A DNA stretch of 63,890 nt, the filler included, from Octopus bimaculoides (lineage: Eukaryota): NCBI RefSeq assembly GCF_001194135.2. It is 4 parts of 4 records of this genome, joined end to end, with 100 filler letters (N's around TTAATTAATTAA, not from the genome) between each part and the next. Parts side by side here need not be neighbours in the genome. Positions count along the whole stretch, not along the records: positions 54,056 to 63,890 come from NC_069001.1; 3 more parts are not named here. One strand, 5' to 3'. Made by a program: the position numbers and the translations under genes. Numbering within the stretch: position 1 is the first letter of the stretch; each line of letters opens with the position of its first letter. Shown here piece after piece: positions 61,441 through 63,890 of the stretch. The notes under the pieces are model-generated. The model saw only the letters and a program-made list of their open reading frames with translations, was not told the DNA's origin and did no database searches.

Positions 61441-63890
61441 ATGAAGACAGAGTATTTTTACTAAGTACACCGATATCAGAGCTAGAAGGACAGATAAGTC
61501 GTAAGGATGGGTTATTAAAAAAATTGTGTTTATGATCTTTTAAAATAAAATGAGGTTGCTTAGGATCAAGTGGTTCCGTCTTCATCTGTAAGTTATACCT
61601 CTCCATAATTTTCTTAGCCTCAAGGTTGGCTTTCCTGAGTGCACTTTTACCGGTAATCCTATAGAAAGAGGAGGGGTAAAGGAAAGATCATAAACAATTT
61701 TTTTTTAATAACCCATCCTTACGACTTATCAGTCCTTCTAGCTCTGACGTCGGCGTACTTAGTAAAAATATTATAGATAAATATCTTCCTACCTTAGTTA
61801 AAAAATTAAAGCTTAGTTTATGGTCCAATTCGTTCCAAGTCGTCGACAGGTTTAGCTCTATTACTAATAAGAGGAGCGCTAAATTTATCCAGTTTGACAT
61901 TTCTAGTTTCTATTCCTCCATCAACCCAATAGTACTTAATAAGGCACTCTGGCTAGCTCATAACAAAGCTGGTCTCACCAGGGAAGAGATTAATGTTGGC
62001 CGCCAGAAAGTCTATCATAAAGTTTGACGACAAGCTGTTGGTCCGTAAAGACATACCCGATGCTTTTGATGTTACGATGGGAAGTTCTGATTCAGCACAA
62101 ATAGCTGATTTGGTCGGTATATATATGCTTTATGAAATGGCAGACCAGTTCCCAAGCATCAATGGAGGTCCATATCGTAATGATCGTTTACTCTACCTTC
62201 AAAATGTTTCTGACCAAAAAATACAGAAAGTTAAGAATAGCTTAGTTAAGTTTTTCCGTAGAATGGGCTTACGCATCGTTTTTTATGATGATGTAACGAA
62301 AGTCAACTTTTTTAAATATTACACTAAATTTACACAATAATTCGTACTTCCCATACCACAAAGCATCGACCAATCTTAAGTATATTAGCCATTTCAGTAA
62401 TTATTCTAGGGCAATCACTAAGAACTTAGTTAAGAATATTTCATTTAGATTGTCTAAGTTATCTGCTAATGTTGACATTTCCAACGACAAGGCTGAATTT
62501 TATAACTCTGCCTTACAGACTACACAGAGAAAGTTACCTACATTAATTCCATTCAATCTTATTCTACCTTTAGTAATGGGGACAAGAAATCTAGTTGTAA
62601 GGATATAAACGATATCAATTTTAATTTATACGCCAACACCAAACATAGGGAGAGAGATAACCGTTATTTAACCCCCTTATTTCATTCTAAAGGTAAATCG
62701 ATGTCTTTTAAAGATAGTTACACTAAAAATAAGGCAAAGTATTTGGTTGATTATTCCTTATAGGAGGCAAATTAAATCTAATCTTCCTTTCCAGTTTTAG
62801 GAAGTTTCCAAAGAATTCTAGATAATACTCTATTATCAACACAAAAAATCTCTCACAAATTATCTTCTCACATAATATTAGTCTGTTTACTAATCCAATT
62901 ACAAACACTAACATTAATTTAGCTAATACCAACCATCCTCCTAGAAATATCAATAACAAGGTTATTGTCTCTGAAGTCAACACCAACAGAATTAGGTTTA
63001 TGTCTAGTAATTCTAAGATTAAAAACTCTATATACCAGTGTAAAATTACTTCAGGTACCGATGTCTTTTTTTATATAAGTAGTTCCTCTTCTCAGTTATC
63101 TAAAAGAATTTCTAATCATTACTCTACATTTAGGGATAGTAATAAACGCAACAGTACAGGGCTTAGTAAATTAATTTGGTATCTGAAAGACCATAATAAA
63201 CAATTTAATTTAGATTAGTTGATTCTCTCCATTTCATTCCCATATGATAAAGGCAAAGAATTCTGCCAACTCTGTAATACAGACCTATTTTTTGTTCTTT
63301 TTTCTAAGAATCCTCTTGTAAACACGGTTATAGAGCGTGCTTACCGATGTAAACATTGACAGAAACATACCTTTAGTTCATAAGAGTGATATCTACCATT
63401 ATATATAATTTGAACATTGATTTTCTTCTTACATTTCACTTCTACTAGATATATCTTTTTCCAAGCATTTAAGCTTTTATTTAATTCACATATCGCTCTA
63501 TATTTCTTCTTTATTAGTTTTCTGCTTATTTCTTTCCTTTATCCCTTCTCTTTCTATGGGATATCTTTAACGGTATATCCTCTAACGGTTTTTATAAAAA
63601 CTTAATAGCGTTCCATTCATCATTATACACATCCATCACATTCTGTTAAAATGCCTTATTGATGAGTTTGGTTTCTTTCTTTCTTTGTTTCCCTGATGAG
63701 AAGATTACATTGTTTTACACCATTTTATTCCTTTGGAATAATACCAAATTTGTCTTCGAAACATGTGTTGGAAGTAAAAGAATTTGAATAACACCTGCAT
63801 TTAACTCCATTTATTTATTTATTTATATTATACAAAATATTTCACATCAACCAGGAGTTTCGACCTTTACAAACAGGGTGTTACGTCCTT
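61441..63890 (+). mobile_element. Degenerate Penelope-like element (RT, GIY-YIG, HHR-bearing terminal repeat) with an inverted 5' segment
   Basis: From 61683: KDHK..FNNPSLRLISP..., FDISSFYSSI, FDVTMGSSDSAQIADLVG, GPYRNDRL (YRDD mutated), NFLNITLNL..YFPYHK; GIY-YIG IYQCK...YIS...KRISNHYSTF; CQLC motif near 63260; several frameshifts. Confidence 0.9.
63684..63778 (+). ncRNA. Type I hammerhead ribozyme in the PLE terminal repeat
   Basis: Stem I TTTGTTTCC (63684-92)/GGAAGTAAA (63770-78), 9 bp with 2 wobbles; CTGATGA 63693-99; stem II GAAGA/TCTTC; GAAA 63758-61; palindromic ACATGT stem III; GUU triplet, cleavage predicted after 63769. Confidence 0.85.

Noticed and set aside
63300-63690. Selenocysteine-type PLE (in-frame TGA near CKH* plus SECIS)
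   Set aside because: The TGA is not at a Cys position and is explained by decay; no SECIS-like AUGA/AA/GA stem seen; the element has many other lesions.

Overview
AT-rich, microsatellite-saturated animal genomic DNA. Its repeat families (tRNA-headed SINEs, (GAT)n-tailed RTE-type elements, TTAA/TA MITEs) look like octopus (coleoid cephalopod) DNA; this is recognition from memory, not a database result. About 6 kb (17 gaps) is N, and three gaps carry an artificial TTAATTAATTAA linker. Nearly all supplied ORFs are artefacts of microsatellites or N runs. Supportable content: (1) decayed transposons: two DD37D (maT-type) and one mariner transposase relic, RTE and R4/Dong-type LINE fragments, a C-terminal triple C2H2 finger ORF, many SINEs and MITEs, and a degenerate Penelope-like element (PLE) with RT and GIY-YIG remnants at 61.4-63.9 kb; (2) a phase-compatible chain of four candidate minus-strand exons at 8.3-7.0 kb plus a few isolated exon candidates; (3) the main hidden signal, a set of minimal type I hammerhead ribozyme (HHR) motifs at seven loci from several unrelated repeat families. 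Two loci are head-to-head palindromes with one HHR per arm reading outward, one HHR sits in the PLE terminal repeat, and one insertion ends almost exactly at the predicted cleavage site. Together these suggest a diverse population of HHR-bearing, PLE-mobilised (retrozyme-like) non-autonomous elements. Ribozyme activity is inferred from structure only.
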